Below are positions 1 through 11,445 of a stretch of DNA of 64,000 nt, in pieces. Under the pieces are notes generated by a model. It was not told where the DNA came from. It made no database searches and worked only from the letters and a program-made list of their open reading frames with translations. The position numbers and the translations under genes were made by a program. Every line of letters begins with the position of its first letter. The stretch's first letter is position 1. Source of the DNA: an uncultured delta proteobacterium (lineage in GTDB: Bacteria > Desulfobacterota > Desulfobacteria > Desulfobacterales > QNYZ01); the NCBI GenBank assembly GCA_963845145.1, contig CAWJQU010000002.1, positions 256,001-320,000 of the forward strand. The letters run 5' to 3'.

Positions 1-1
1 A

Positions 2-280
2 GATATCTGCAAGGGGTATCGCAATAAGTGCTGGGGTAAGGCCTGAATGGCTTGCACCGATCCTTTAACGCGGACATCCAGCCCTGCCGCACGAGGACTG
101 ATCACTTTGATACTCTGGGCGGCCGTATCACTCTGGATGGGAATAAACAGGTCGGTTTCCACTAGGGGAGGGGGACTGCCGTATTCTGAGAATACCCACC
201 ACGCCGATCCCGATCAGGAGCAGGAGCAGCGTACATAACAACAATATATGATACCGGGAAAGACCTTTGCGGCTGGTCAT
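2..280 (-). CDS. YbbR/CdaR-like membrane-anchored protein, N-terminal part (runs off the window start)
   Basis: ATG at 280 overlaps the folP stop (ATGA). The frame is open to the window edge: MTSRKGLSRYHILLLCTLLLLLIGIGVVGILRIRQ...LDVRVKGSVQAIQAL, i.e. one TM helix plus a YbbR-like 'V.V.G' motif. Position after folP is typical. Not in the ORF track. Confidence 0.5.
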
Positions 281-1149
281 GGGGTCTCATGTAAAATTGC
301 GTCGATCATTTTCACCGTGATCCGGGTTTGGGCCACATCGTGGACACGTACCAGATGCGCGCCATTTAGGACCGCGCCGGCCACCACGGCCTGGCTCCCT
401 GCAGCCACGTCAGGATGCTGGGGTGCAAGCGCGTCGTCTCCAGAATTCTTTAAAATATGCCGAATAAAGGCTTTGCGAGAAGGACCAACCAAAATGGGCG
501 CGTCCAGCGCCTTCAACGCGCTCAACCGGTTGATTAAGGTAAGATTGTGGGTGAACGTTTTTCCAAATCCGATTCCCGGGTCCACGATGATTTTATCACG
601 ACTGACTCCGGCGGCTTGGGCACGATCCATGGCATCGTTTAAAAAACCGATGATCTCCCCCATCAAATCATCGTACTGGGGGGTTACCTGCATGTTTTTG
701 GGCGTGCCCTGCATATGCATTAAAATCAACGGCACACCCATCTTGGCCGCCAGAACACCCATGGATGGATCTAAGCGCATAGCACTGATATCATTGATAA
801 TATCGGCCCCTGCGCCAAGCGCCTGGCGGGCGACTTCGGTTTTGGTCGTATCGATGGAGATGGGGACATTCAGGCGGCCGGCAATTTTTTCAATGACGGG
901 CACCACGCGTTGAATTTCATCTTCCGCCGATACCGGTTCGGAAAAAGGCCGCGTCGATTCACCCCCGATATCGATGATATCCGCCCCTTCGGCGACGAGA
1001 TTTTCCGCTTGAGCGACAGCCTTATCGAGTGAGTTAAAGCGGCCGCCATCGGAAAATGAATCCGGGGTGACATTGAGCACCCCCATGATCCGTGTCCGCG
1101 CCCCTAACACCAGACGGTGAGAACCCCAGCTCAGCGTAAATGTTTGCAT
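277..1149 (-). CDS. folP: Dihydropteroate synthase
   Basis: MGVLNVTPDSFSDGG, DIGGESTRP, DPGIGFGK, SRK and VRVHDV motifs. Confidence 0.97.
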   Translation of the reverse strand: MQTFTLSWGSHRLVLGARTRIMGVLNVTPDSFSDGGRFNSLDKAVAQAENLVAEGADIIDIGGESTRPFSEPVSAEDEIQRVVPVIEKIAGRLNVPISIDTTKTEVARQALGAGADIINDISAMRLDPSMGVLAAKMGVPLILMHMQGTPKNMQVTPQYDDLMGEIIGFLNDAMDRAQAAGVSRDKIIVDPGIGFGKTFTHNLTLINRLSALKALDAPILVGPSRKAFIRHILKNSGDDALAPQHPDVAAGSQAVVAGAVLNGAHLVRVHDVAQTRITVKMIDAILHETP

Positions 1150-1169
1150 CGATTTGTGGCCTACACCGC

Positions 1170-3110
1170 TCAGGGCTTATCTCCATCGGTTGGCTCGGTC
1201 GGTTCCTCGGTTTTTTGGGTGCTGGCCTTGCTGTCATCGGCGGATGCGCCCGCCGTTTCATCGCTTCCGGCTTCGGACTGCTCTTCGAATCCAAAATCAT
1301 CGGAAGTCGACAATTCAATCCCGGGACGCATCTCTTTGATGATTTCATCCAGTTTAGGCCCCATCACCGTCTCTTCTTCCAGAAGCAGATCAGCCAGTCG
1401 GTGTAAAACATCGACATTTTCATCCAGGACAGTGCGTGCCTGCTGATAGGCATTACCGATCAACTGTGAAATCTCGCCATCGATTTTACGGGCTGTATCT
1501 TCAGAGTAGTCCCGATGCTGAGCAATTTCACGGCCTAAAAAGATCTGCTCGTCGCCTTGGGCAAATGACAACGGACCCAGCTTCTCACTCATACCCCAGT
1601 TTCGAATCATGCGCTGGGCTAGCTCTGTGGCTTGTTTGATATCGGCCGCGGCGCCTGTGCTGATCCGATTAAATATAAGCTCTTCCGCGACACGACCACC
1701 AAAGGCCACTGCCAGCTCACTCTCCAATTGATCCTTGTATTTGAAATCTCGTTCCTCGGGTAAAAACCAGGTAATGCCTGCGGCTTGTCCTCGGGGAACG
1801 ATGGTGATTTTGTTGATCGTTTCAGTGTTGGGCAAAAACCGGGCGACCAGAGCATGCCCACCTTCATGATAGGCGGTTGTCTTTCGATCTTCTTCCCGGA
1901 CCACTTTGGATTTTCGCTCAAGGCCCATATACACCTTGTCCTTGGCATCCTCAAAGTCCACCATTTCCACTTTTTGTTTTTCCCGTTTGGCAGCTAGCAA
2001 AGCCGCTTCGTTGACCAGGTTCTCCAAGTCGGCACCGGTAAATCCCGGCGTCCCCTTGGCCAGAATTTTAATGTTGACGTCTTTGTCGATTGGACTTCTT
2101 TTCATATGGACTTTAAGTATTTTGTGACGGCCACGTATATCGGGCATGGGAACGACAATTTGTCGGTCAAACCGACCGGGCCGCAGTAAAGCGGGATCAA
2201 GAACATCGGGTCGGTTGGTGGCTGAAATGAGGATAACGCCCTCATTGGATTCAAAACCGTCCATTTCGACCAGCAACTGATTCAGGGTCTGCTCACGCTC
2301 ATCGTGACCACCACCAAGGCCTGCACCCCGATGACGACCAACCGCATCGATTTCATCGATAAAGATGATACAGGGGGCATTCTTCTTGCCCTGAACGAAC
2401 AAGTCCCTAACCCGTGACGCACCGACCCCCACAAACATTTCAACAAAATCAGAACCGCTGATACTGAAAAACGGTACGCCAGCCTCTCCGGCGATCGCTC
2501 GGGCCAAAAGGGTCTTCCCCGTTCCAGGGGACCCCACTAAAAGGACCCCTTTGGGAATCCGTCCTCCCAAACGCGTAAATTTTTTAGGGTCTCTTAAAAA
2601 ATCAACAATCTCACTTAATTCCTCTTTGGCCTCGTCAATCCCGGCCACATCCTCAAAAGTCACTTTTTCCTGTTGGTCCGAAAGCAACCGCGCCCGACTT
2701 TTGCCAAAGGAAAGCGCCTTGCCCCCACCGGCCTGCATTTGACGCATAAAAAATACCCAAACGCCGATCAGGACAATCATGGGAAACCAGGACACGAGTA
2801 CGGATACATACCAGGGTGATTCCGAAGGTGGTTTGGCTTGAATAGATACCCCTTTTCCGCGCAGTATTTTGATCAGGTCAAGATCCTGGGGTGCATAAAC
2901 CCGGTAGCGGTTGCGATTGGAATCGGTCACCAGGATTTCCTGCCCCTGTATGATCACCTGTTCGACACGCTCCCCTTCAACCATGGTCAAAAACTCCGTA
3001 TAGGTCAGGCTCGCTTCTGAAAGTTGCTGTTGATTGAAAAGGTTATACAACATGATCATCAAAAGCATGATCACCAGCCACAATGCCAGGTTTTTATAAA
3101 AAGGATTCAA
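1170..3110 (-). CDS. ftsH: ATP-dependent zinc metalloprotease FtsH
   Basis: Two TM helices, Walker [27 protein letters not shown] zinc motif. Confidence 0.98.
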   Translation of the reverse strand: MNPFYKNLALWLVIMLLMIMLYNLFNQQQLSEASLTYTEFLTMVEGERVEQVIIQGQEILVTDSNRNRYRVYAPQDLDLIKILRGKGVSIQAKPPSESPWYVSVLVSWFPMIVLIGVWVFFMRQMQAGGGKALSFGKSRARLLSDQQEKVTFEDVAGIDEAKEELSEIVDFLRDPKKFTRLGGRIPKGVLLVGSPGTGKTLLARAIAGEAGVPFFSISGSDFVEMFVGVGASRVRDLFVQGKKNAPCIIFIDEIDAVGRHRGAGLGGGHDEREQTLNQLLVEMDGFESNEGVILISATNRPDVLDPALLRPGRFDRQIVVPMPDIRGRHKILKVHMKRSPIDKDVNIKILAKGTPGFTGADLENLVNEAALLAAKREKQKVEMVDFEDAKDKVYMGLERKSKVVREEDRKTTAYHEGGHALVARFLPNTETINKITIVPRGQAAGITWFLPEERDFKYKDQLESELAVAFGGRVAEELIFNRISTGAAADIKQATELAQRMIRNWGMSEKLGPLSFAQGDEQIFLGREIAQHRDYSEDTARKIDGEISQLIGNAYQQARTVLDENVDVLHRLADLLLEEETVMGPKLDEIIKEMRPGIELSTSDDFGFEEQSEAGSDETAGASADDSKASTQKTEEPTEPTDGDKP

Positions 3111-3198
3111 GAACCATTCCCTCCATTTCGTTTGGGGTTAAAACGAACGCTTCGTCGTTCGGCGCGATCGGCATCTCAAAATTAATCATCAATCTAAT

Positions 3199-4644
3199 TT
3201 ACGCAAGTGAAACCCTTACCATTAATGCATACCGGGTTCTACGGTCGATTTTAACCTCATCGGCGATGCCGTGACCGATGATCCACACAATCCGGTTCCC
3301 GGAGGTCATAACAGGGCACTTGGACCGGTTATGGTGGTTGTTTTCCCGTTTGGACAAAAATTTTCGAACCGTTTGGCTGCCATCCAGCCCCAGGGGTGAA
3401 AATCGGTCGGATGGTTTTTGGTTTCTCACGATAACGGGAAAAGTCAATTTGTCTGCATCCATATAGGTGATTGAATCCGTGTCACCGAGCGATGTGATCG
3501 GTTGTTCGATCGTATCAAAGCTAAACGACAGATGCAGACCGACCTCTTCAATCAACAAAGCACCAGGTGGATCGATCGAATAGGAAAAGGGTGGCCGAAC
3601 ACTCGCCGGCCGAATAGGTGCAACCATGCGGAGCGACGCGACTTCCTGGGATAAGGTTAGTGATTGATCCATTCGGCAAACCCGGATTCGATGTGGAAGG
3701 TCGATGCTTTTAAAGGCACGCCCATCATTTAACATTGCCCGGATGTCCTCGATATGTTCGAACGTTATTTTCTTTAGATCGCCGCTAATTTGCATAATCG
3801 CCCGTCTAAACAGCCGTCTTTGGATCGCCGGGTCGACCTGGGCTACCTTCGGGATGGACAAAACGACAGATTGACGGCCGCATTCTATGGCCACTTCTTC
3901 AAAAACAGAGGCAACCACTTGCTCCATCCAACGATTCTCGGATCGAAATACCTCGGCCATCTGATTAAGGCCTTGGACCAGGCGCGGATTATAATTGGCA
4001 GTCATATGGGGCAATAGCTCGAGCCGTATCCGGTTACGGAGATGTTTAGGATCGGCATTGGACGCATCGATGACATAATCGTGTTTTTCACAGGCCAGGT
4101 AATCCATAATTTTTTCCCGGGTGACACCCATCATGGGGCGCACGATGTGATCATCCCGGACCGGTGGGATACCGGACAGGCCGGTGGGACCGCTGCCGCG
4201 CAGAAGATTCATCAGAACCTGCTCGGCATTGTCGTCCATATGATGCCCCAGAGCGATTTTGTCAAAATTGTGAGTTTGAATGATTTTTAATAAGAAAGCG
4301 TAACGTAATTTACGCGCCGCTGTTTCAAGCGAAAGCCGGTGACGACGGCGGTAGGCACGCACATCACCTTTTTCCGAATAAAGGGCCAGATGCAACCGGT
4401 CGGCTAAAGCCGCCACAAAGCCGGCATCACGATTCGATGCATTCCCCCGAAGATCGTGGTTAAAATGCGCAATCGCCAAGGTCAGGTTAAATTCAGGGGA
4501 TATCTCTTTCAAGATGTGTAAAAGGGCCACTGAGTCCGGCCCCCCGGATACACCCACCAGTACTTTTTCTCCCGGTTGAAACATCTGATGGGTCTGAATT
4601 GTTTGGTAAATTTTTTGAAACAACGGTTTTGAATCGTATACCAA
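3199..4644 (-). CDS. tilS: tRNA(Ile)-lysidine synthase
   Basis: PP-loop SGGPDS, HHMDDNAE, RNRIR, TilS C-terminal domain; conserved tilS-ftsH-folP order. Confidence 0.96.
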   Translation of the reverse strand: MVYDSKPLFQKIYQTIQTHQMFQPGEKVLVGVSGGPDSVALLHILKEISPEFNLTLAIAHFNHDLRGNASNRDAGFVAALADRLHLALYSEKGDVRAYRRRHRLSLETAARKLRYAFLLKIIQTHNFDKIALGHHMDDNAEQVLMNLLRGSGPTGLSGIPPVRDDHIVRPMMGVTREKIMDYLACEKHDYVIDASNADPKHLRNRIRLELLPHMTANYNPRLVQGLNQMAEVFRSENRWMEQVVASVFEEVAIECGRQSVVLSIPKVAQVDPAIQRRLFRRAIMQISGDLKKITFEHIEDIRAMLNDGRAFKSIDLPHRIRVCRMDQSLTLSQEVASLRMVAPIRPASVRPPFSYSIDPPGALLIEEVGLHLSFSFDTIEQPITSLGDTDSITYMDADKLTFPVIVRNQKPSDRFSPLGLDGSQTVRKFLSKRENNHHNRSKCPVMTSGNRIVWIIGHGIADEVKIDRRTRYALMVRVSLA

Positions 4645-4745
4645 TTATGGTTTCCCTTCATTCCCATGCGTTTCAGCGTTCTCAGTAGTATCCTGCATCA
4701 CGGTTTCTTAAGTCAAGTGACGAAACAATCATGCGTTTTTTTCTC

Positions 4746-4773
4746 TTGAAAAATGTCAATGACCCATTATATT
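4746..4773 (+). promoter_or_regulatory. sigma70-type promoter of the SRP RNA
   Basis: TTGAAA-N16-TATATT ending about 8 nt before the RNA 5' helix. Confidence 0.5.
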
Positions 4774-4781
4774 CATTGGCT

Positions 4782-5029
4782 GGTTGTGCTAGGCGGGGAG
4801 TTAGCGGTGCCCTTTACCCGAAAACCGCTTTATGCGGGGCTGAATTCCCTCTGAAGGATCATTATTCAAAAATCGGCTCTTGCCGACCGGTCGCCGCGCA
4901 ACAGACACTCACGAACCTCGTCAGGTCCGGAAGGAAGCAGCGATAAGTGATGGCGTCTGTGTCGCGGATCGATACCGGTCAAAGGCTGGAACAGATGGAC
5001 GAAAACCATTCGACAGGGGGTGCACAACC
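4782..5029 (+). ncRNA. ffs: Signal recognition particle RNA, large (Alu-domain-containing) bacterial type
   Basis: Helix-8 motif TCAGGTCCGGAAGGAAGCAGC at ~4921-4941. The 5' part GTGCTAGGCGGGGAGTTAGCGGTGCCCT resembles the Bacillus scRNA Alu domain. Ends pair perfectly: GGTTGTGC (4782-4789) with GCACAACC (5022-5029). Confidence 0.9.
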
Positions 5030-5120
5030 GTTCATTCCTTTTTTCCGCCTACCCTTGCCCGCAATAATTCCAAGGATTTAGAGAAAACCATTTTCCAATC
5101 TTTCGCCCTTTTGCATTTGG

Positions 5121-5149
5121 CTTGACAAACCCTTGGATGGCCTTATTTT
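5121..5149 (+). promoter_or_regulatory. Putative heat-shock promoter of grpE-dnaK
   Basis: CTTGAC-N14-CCTTATTTT; the same motif and spacing occur upstream of hsp20. Confidence 0.55.
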
Positions 5150-5207
5150 TTAGCGAAAATTGGGTTGGTATTGGAGTAGTCAAAAACCGTTTGGAGTCAA
5201 CCGATTT

Positions 5208-5870
5208 ATGTCGATCAGCGCACAAGAACAAAATCAAACAGAAAAAAAGACGCCACATCCCTCGGAAGAGGATGATGCAGCGACCATTCCAATCATTGAT
5301 AAAAACGATACGCCTGATGATGACGCAGCCGGATCTTCAGGGGATAAGGAAACGGAAAAACGAAAAGATTCCCCAAAAGACCCCAATATTCCGTTGGAAG
5401 AACAACTCGCGTCGGCCAAGGAAGAGGCCCAGGCTAACTATGATCGTTTTTTAAGAATCGGTGCCGAATTTGATAATTACAAAAAACGGATTCTGAGAGA
5501 AACGTCCGAATCACGGAAGTATGCCAATGAAACCCTGCTCCGGGAGCTATTGTCGGTGGTTGACAATCTGGAACGGGCGTTAAGCGCCGCTGAAAAAGAG
5601 GACACCGATGCCGCCGGGTTGATTGATGGTGTTACATTGACCTTAGGGGAATTGCTGAAAATATTTGAAAAATTTTCCGTTAAGCCCATCGAGGCCCAGG
5701 GGAAACCGTTTGATCCGACCTTTCATCAGGCGATGGGCCAGGAAAAAACCGACAAATTTCCTGAAAATACGGTTACCCAGGAATTTCAAAAAGGGTACAC
5801 TTACCATGACCGACTCCTTCGCCCAGCCATGGTGATGGTGGCCAAGCCAGCCACAGACAAGAATAATTAG
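5208..5870 (+). CDS. grpE: Nucleotide exchange factor GrpE
   Basis: AEFDNYKKR, FDPTFHQA, KGY...LLRPAMV motifs; start set to ATG 5208 behind GGAG. Confidence 0.96.
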   Translation: MSISAQEQNQTEKKTPHPSEEDDAATIPIIDKNDTPDDDAAGSSGDKETEKRKDSPKDPNIPLEEQLASAKEEAQANYDRFLRIGAEFDNYKKRILRETSESRKYANETLLRELLSVVDNLERALSAAEKEDTDAAGLIDGVTLTLGELLKIFEKFSVKPIEAQGKPFDPTFHQAMGQEKTDKFPENTVTQEFQKGYTYHDRLLRPAMVMVAKPATDKNN

Positions 5871-6005
5871 GAACGAGAATAATTAAGACGATGATAATGA
5901 CTAAGTTTAAATGAAACCCGATGCATAAAATACCCAAACACATAAAAATAGATATCATATAGAACAATTCGCATATCAAAAATCAGGTCAGGGAGGTCCA
6001 GAAAG

Positions 6006-7943
6006 ATGAGTAAAATTATCGGAATCGATTTAGGCACCACCAATTCCTGCGTAGCGGTGATGGAGGGTGGCGATGCAAAGGTCATCACCAACCCGGAGGG
6101 GGGGCGCACAACGCCTTCCATCGTGGCTGTTTCGGATAGTGGTGAGCGCCTGGTTGGGCAAGTGGCCAAACGCCAAGCGATTACAAACCCGGAAAATACG
6201 GTTTTTGGGGTCAAACGTTTGATCGGGCGTAAATTTAAATCGGCTGAAGTTCAGCGGGATATCAAAGTCCTCCCGTATGAGCTCGAAGGCGCCTCCAACG
6301 GAGACATCCGTATCAATCTAAGAGATAAAAAATATAGCCCGGCTGAAATTTCCGCCTTTATTTTAGGCAATATCAAAAAGACGGCGGAAGCCTATTTGGG
6401 CGAAACCGTGACCGATGCCGTCATTACCGTTCCAGCCTATTTCGACGACAGCCAGCGCCAGGCAACCAAAGATGCCGGTAAAATCGCCGGCCTCAATGTG
6501 AAGCGGATAATCAACGAACCCACTGCGGCCTCACTGGCATACGGCCTCGATAAAAAGGCCGAAGAAAAAATCGCCGTATTTGACTTGGGCGGCGGGACGT
6601 TTGACATATCGATTCTAGAAATCGGTGAAGGGGTATTTGAAGTCAAATCCACCAATGGCGATACCCATCTGGGTGGTGAGGATTTTGATCTGCGCATCAT
6701 CGAATATCTGGCCGACGAATTTAATAAGGACCAGGGGATCAACCTACGAAGTGATAAGATGGCGCTTCAGCGCCTTAAAGAAGCGGCCGAAAAAGCCAAA
6801 ATGGAACTTTCCTCGTCCATGGAAACCGATGTTAATCTTCCGTTTATCACTGCTGATGCGTCCGGGCCGAAACATCTGAATATCAAACTCGGACGCGCCA
6901 AGCTCGAGGCCCTGGTCGGTGATCTTCTGGATAATATCGAACGCCCTTGTCGAACCGCTTTAAAAGACGCCGGTATTCCTGCCGGTGAGATTAAAGAGGT
7001 TGTGCTGGTGGGTGGTATGACACGCATGCCGGCCGTGCAGGAACGCGTAAAAAAGATATTCGGCAAAGAGCCCAATAAAAGCGTCAATCCTGATGAGGTC
7101 GTGGCCTTAGGTGCCGCCATTCAGGGCGGTGTGCTTCAGGGAGATGTCAAGGATGTGCTGTTGTTGGATGTCACACCACTCTCCTTGGGTATCGAAACCC
7201 TTGGCGGTGTCATGACCCGGCTCATTGAAAAAAACACAACGATCCCGACGAAGAAAAGCCAGACCTTTTCCACGGCTGCGGATAACCAGCCGGCAGTATC
7301 GATTCATGTTCTACAGGGTGAACGTGAAATGGCCGGTTATAATAAGACCCTGGGACGGTTTGAATTGGTGGGCATTCCACCCGCCCCCCGGGGCGTTCCC
7401 CAGGTTGAAGTATCCTTTGACATCGATGCCAATGGCATCGTCAAAGTATCGGCCAAGGATATGGCGACGGGTAAAGAACAATCGATTCAGATTACCGCAT
7501 CCAGTGGATTGACCCAGGAAGAGATCAATTCCGCCATTCAGGACGCCGAACAGCATGCCGAAGAGGATAAAGCCAAACGTGATTTGATCGATGCACGTAA
7601 CGCGGCGGATTCCCTTATTTATACCACCGAGAAGTCAATCAAGGACCTCGGAGATAAGGTCGATGAAGAAACCAAAGGTAAAATAGAATCCGGTGTGGCT
7701 GATCTTAAAAAGGCTATGGAGACGGAAGATGTTGAACAGATCAAGCAGGCGAGTGAAGCATTAAGCCAGACTTCCCATAAGCTAGCCGAAGCCATGTACC
7801 AGCAAGCCGCCCAATCGGGTGAAGGTGCGCCTGGCGATCCGGGTGCGGACCCGGACGGACCCGGTGGAAATGCGGGTCCTGGTGGGGGTGCCGATGAAGA
7901 TGTCGTTGATGCGGATTTCGAGGAAGTTAAAGACGACAAATAA
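6006..7943 (+). CDS. dnaK: Chaperone DnaK (Hsp70)
   Basis: [20 protein letters not shown]-terminal DADFEEV. Confidence 0.99.
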   Translation: MSKIIGIDLGTTNSCVAVMEGGDAKVITNPEGGRTTPSIVAVSDSGERLVGQVAKRQAITNPENTVFGVKRLIGRKFKSAEVQRDIKVLPYELEGASNGDIRINLRDKKYSPAEISAFILGNIKKTAEAYLGETVTDAVITVPAYFDDSQRQATKDAGKIAGLNVKRIINEPTAASLAYGLDKKAEEKIAVFDLGGGTFDISILEIGEGVFEVKSTNGDTHLGGEDFDLRIIEYLADEFNKDQGINLRSDKMALQRLKEAAEKAKMELSSSMETDVNLPFITADASGPKHLNIKLGRAKLEALVGDLLDNIERPCRTALKDAGIPAGEIKEVVLVGGMTRMPAVQERVKKIFGKEPNKSVNPDEVVALGAAIQGGVLQGDVKDVLLLDVTPLSLGIETLGGVMTRLIEKNTTIPTKKSQTFSTAADNQPAVSIHVLQGEREMAGYNKTLGRFELVGIPPAPRGVPQVEVSFDIDANGIVKVSAKDMATGKEQSIQITASSGLTQEEINSAIQDAEQHAEEDKAKRDLIDARNAADSLIYTTEKSIKDLGDKVDEETKGKIESGVADLKKAMETEDVEQIKQASEALSQTSHKLAEAMYQQAAQSGEGAPGDPGADPDGPGGNAGPGGGADEDVVDADFEEVKDDK

Positions 7944-7968
7944 TTTAAGATTGGCTGAAAAGACCATG

Positions 7969-8007
7969 AGCCCCGCGGTACCCTCTCACGTGTCGCGGGG
8001 TTTTTTT
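7969..8007 (+). terminator. Rho-independent terminator after dnaK
   Basis: CCCCGCG...CGCGGGG stem followed by T7. Confidence 0.75.
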
Positions 8008-8030
8008 CATCTTAACAGGCACGGTTACCA

Positions 8031-8927
8031 ATGCCCCCGTCATTCAAAAAAGTCCATCAAGCCGGCCATTGGATGACACGAATATCCACATACGGCCGCA
8101 TGATCAAATTCAGCCACACGATTTTTGCCCTGCCCTTTGCCCTGGTTGCTGCCCTTCTCGTGTGGAGACAATATGCCATTAACCTATTTGATATCGGCTG
8201 GGTAGTCCTGGCCATGGTGGGTGCACGATCAGCAGCAATGGGGTTTAACCGCGTCATCGATGCAGCTATAGACGGTAAAAATCCCCGCACTAAAATGCGT
8301 GAAATTCCCTCCGGTCAGATTTCGAGCCCTGCTGTGTGGGTATTTATTTTACTTTCGGCCGGTCTTTTCATCTTAGCCACCGCGATGCTCGGCCGACAAT
8401 GCCTGCTTCTGGCCTTACCCATTTTGGCTATTTTGTTTTTTTACTCCTACACCAAAAGATTCACATGGCTATCCCATCTGTTTTTGGGGTTTGCCATTTC
8501 CCTGGCGCCTTGGGGCACATGGGTCGCCCTAACCAAAACATTTTCCGGCCCCATCTGGCTCCTCTCATTGGCGTTACTGACGTATATTGCCGGATTTGAC
8601 ATTCTCTATGCCTGCCAGGATATCGCCTTTGATCGCCGCGAAGGCCTCCATTCCATACCGGCTCGGTTTGGTGTTCGGCGGGCACTGGCCGTTTCAATCG
8701 GGTTGCATGTAATCACCTTCGGCGCCCTGGCAGTCATTTATTTCGAATTTCAAATGCGTTCCGTGTATCTCGGCACGCTGGCAATCATCGGAGTATTGAT
8801 GATTATCGAACATGGATTGGTGCGTCCCAACAATTTATCCAAAGTTAATGTGGCTTTCTTTCATTTAAACAGCTTGATATCGGTGGTCCTGTTTTTAGGG
8901 GTGATGGCAGATGAAATTATCCGATAA
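8031..8927 (+). CDS. UbiA-family polyprenyltransferase (MqnP-like, futalosine menaquinone pathway); start may be 8073
   Basis: IKFSHTIFALPFA, NRVIDAAID..NPRT..REIP, YSYTKRFT, DILYACQD; multi-TM; adjacent to a UbiD gene. Confidence 0.9.
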   Translation: MPPSFKKVHQAGHWMTRISTYGRMIKFSHTIFALPFALVAALLVWRQYAINLFDIGWVVLAMVGARSAAMGFNRVIDAAIDGKNPRTKMREIPSGQISSPAVWVFILLSAGLFILATAMLGRQCLLLALPILAILFFYSYTKRFTWLSHLFLGFAISLAPWGTWVALTKTFSGPIWLLSLALLTYIAGFDILYACQDIAFDRREGLHSIPARFGVRRALAVSIGLHVITFGALAVIYFEFQMRSVYLGTLAIIGVLMIIEHGLVRPNNLSKVNVAFFHLNSLISVVLFLGVMADEIIR

Positions 8928-8994
8928 ATAAGATAGCTCATCGCCTGTTTAAAGGGTTACGCCCGCAGACTTTTACTAGAAAACATCACACATC

Positions 8995-10785
8995 ATGTAT
9001 AACAATCTGAACGCATTCATCGAAGCCATTGATGCGGCTGGAGAACTTACCCGCGTTACCCGCGAGGTAGATCCCATTGTGGAGATTAGCCGCTGGACAG
9101 ATAGAGAATCAAAAAAACATCAAGGTGGCAAAGCGCTCCTCTTTACCAATGTGCGCGGGTCCAGATTCCCCGTGGCTACCAATTTATTCGGCAGCCCGCG
9201 ACGCATTCGAATGGCCATGAACGTTGAAAATATAGACGACCTGGGCCGGCGCGTCCAGCGGTATACGGATTTCCATCCGCCCCGCTCTTTTAAAGATGTT
9301 CTTAGGCTGGTTCCCATGGCCGCCGATCTGTTTCGGTTTTTTCCTCGCCGCTTTCGGGGCCGACGCCCCCCCTGCCAGGAAGTGGTCTATACCCACGATG
9401 ATATCGATTTGGGAATTCTGCCGGTAATAAAATGCTGGCCCCAGGATGCCGGGCGATTCATTACCCTTCCCCTGGTCTTTACCCGAAGCCTGGCCACCGG
9501 CAAACGGAATGTGGGCATGTACCGCATGCAGATTTTCGATCCAAAAACCACTGGCATGCACTGGCATATCCATAAAGATGGGGCCCACTATTACGACGAA
9601 TATGTACGTGCCGGACGCCGAATGCCGGTGGCCGTTGCTATCGGTGCGGATCCGGCCACGGTATACACGGCGACCGCGCCCCTGCCCCGCGGAATGGATG
9701 AAATGGCGTTGGCCGGTTTTATTCGAAAAAAACCGGTGCGGATGGCCAAGTGTCTGACCGTCGATCTTACGGTACCAGCCGAGGCCGAATTTATTCTGGA
9801 GGGGTATGTTCAACCCGGTGAATTGCGCCGCGAGGGGCCTTTTGGGGACCATACCGGATACTATTCTCTGGCGGATGATTATCCCGTGTTTCACGTCACC
9901 GCGCTGACCCACCGTGAAAACCCCGTTTATCAAACAACGCTGGTGGGGCGTCCGCCCATGGAAGACTGTTACCTGGCCCAAGTGACCGAGCGGCTTTTTC
10001 TGCCCATGTTGCAAACGGTTCTACCGGAGATAAAAGATTATCATTTCCCCTGGGAAGGCGTGTTTCATAATATGGTCGTCGTCTCTATTCAAAAGGCCTA
10101 CGCCGGACACGCCCAGAAAGTGATCAGCGGCCTCTGGGGCCAGGGCCAGATGAGTTTTTGCAAGACCATTGTTGTGGTGGATGAGGATGTCGCACCGGAT
10201 AACACAAAGCATGTGCTTCAAACCCTGATTAGCCGGCTGGACGTTGAATCCGATCTAATGAAAACCACAGGCATATTGGATGTGCTGGACCACAGTTCAC
10301 CCCATCCCAATTTCGGCCATAAATTGGGAATTGATTTAACAACCCGATTCACCGGCGAGCCGTTGCGGCAAAAATCACAAACCCCGGCCTATCGGCCTTT
10401 TTCAAAAGAATCGGCTGATTCGATCAAGACAGCGGTAGTCGACATTGTGGCCTTGCGGGAGTTGGTGGTGGGTCAACCCGGCGACTTAGATCGTCGAATT
10501 CGCCTGATCGCCATGTCCGTCAGTCGATCCGAACAGAAAGCGGGACAGGCCGTGGCCGAAGTGTTGTTACACAACAGCCATCTGCATGCCGGTGACATCG
10601 CCATTCTCTTTGATGCGCATATCGATCTTCACGATGAATCTCGGTTATTGTGGCAGTTGTTTAACAATGTTGACCCCGGCAGGGATCTGTTTATCAAAGA
10701 CGCCCGATTGGTTGTCGATGCCTGCCGCAAACGGCCCGTGGACGGCCATCACCGCCAGTGGCCCGATGAACTGGCTTTTGATTAA
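8995..10785 (+). CDS. UbiD-family menaquinone biosynthesis decarboxylase (MqnL-like)
   Basis: RNVGMYRMQ, EGPFGDHTGYY, GRPPMED, DVLDH motifs; duplicated C-terminal segment. Confidence 0.92.
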   Translation: MYNNLNAFIEAIDAAGELTRVTREVDPIVEISRWTDRESKKHQGGKALLFTNVRGSRFPVATNLFGSPRRIRMAMNVENIDDLGRRVQRYTDFHPPRSFKDVLRLVPMAADLFRFFPRRFRGRRPPCQEVVYTHDDIDLGILPVIKCWPQDAGRFITLPLVFTRSLATGKRNVGMYRMQIFDPKTTGMHWHIHKDGAHYYDEYVRAGRRMPVAVAIGADPATVYTATAPLPRGMDEMALAGFIRKKPVRMAKCLTVDLTVPAEAEFILEGYVQPGELRREGPFGDHTGYYSLADDYPVFHVTALTHRENPVYQTTLVGRPPMEDCYLAQVTERLFLPMLQTVLPEIKDYHFPWEGVFHNMVVVSIQKAYAGHAQKVISGLWGQGQMSFCKTIVVVDEDVAPDNTKHVLQTLISRLDVESDLMKTTGILDVLDHSSPHPNFGHKLGIDLTTRFTGEPLRQKSQTPAYRPFSKESADSIKTAVVDIVALRELVVGQPGDLDRRIRLIAMSVSRSEQKAGQAVAEVLLHNSHLHAGDIAILFDAHIDLHDESRLLWQLFNNVDPGRDLFIKDARLVVDACRKRPVDGHHRQWPDELAFD

Positions 10786-10874
10786 CTTTTGACCCGCTAC
10801 ACAAGACCAAATCATGTTTACTATTAGAAACGAAGCAACAGTATATAGAGAATTATCCACGGGAGCCAAAAAAA

Positions 10875-11375
10875 ATGCCGCCAATTGTGTCTTTTGTAGG
10901 AAAATCCAGCTCGGGGAAAACCACACTGGTTGAAAAGTTGATCCCGGTGTTGAAACGCCGGGGCTATCGCATCGGTACGATCAAGCATGCGCACCACGGC
11001 TTTGCCCTGGACCAACAGGGAAAGGACAGTAGCCGCCATCGGGCCGCCGGAGCTGATGCCGTCATTGTCTCCGGACCCGGTACCATGGCCATGGTCAGGG
11101 ATCAAACCGATAACTCACTCTCTGCCCTGGCGGCCTATTTTCAGGATATGGATCTGGTAATTGTTGAGGGCTTCAAGCGTGAAAATCAACCCAAGATCGA
11201 GGTCTGCCGGGCGAAAAATCGCAAAGCCCCTATCGATCCCCCGCTACCCGGACTGATTGCCCAAGTGACCGACATGGAAATCGATCGCGGCCTGCCCACG
11301 TTCGGCCTCGAAGAGATCGAAGCCCTGGCGGACATGATTGAAAAACGGTTTTTGCATTCCAATTCATCGGCATAA
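10875..11375 (+). CDS. mobB: Molybdopterin-guanine dinucleotide biosynthesis protein B
   Basis: VGKSSSGKTT, IKHAHH, GKDS.RH..AGA, DLVIVEGFK. Confidence 0.95.
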   Translation: MPPIVSFVGKSSSGKTTLVEKLIPVLKRRGYRIGTIKHAHHGFALDQQGKDSSRHRAAGADAVIVSGPGTMAMVRDQTDNSLSALAAYFQDMDLVIVEGFKRENQPKIEVCRAKNRKAPIDPPLPGLIAQVTDMEIDRGLPTFGLEEIEALADMIEKRFLHSNSSA

Positions 11376-11419
11376 GCGGCGATAAGAAGTATACCCCCTC
11401 TGTGTTGTCGCAAATAATT

Positions 11420-11445
11420 TGTAACCAAATCGGAAAAATAGACTC
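11420..11445 (+). promoter_or_regulatory. Possible ECF-type autoregulatory promoter
   Basis: TGTAACC...GACTC with ECF-like spacing upstream of the small ORF-sigma-antisigma unit. Confidence 0.3.

Noticed and set aside
5165..5202. Possible CIRCE element before grpE
   Set aside because: It does not match TTAGCACTC-N9-GAGTGCTAA; only a short TTGGAGT direct repeat is present.
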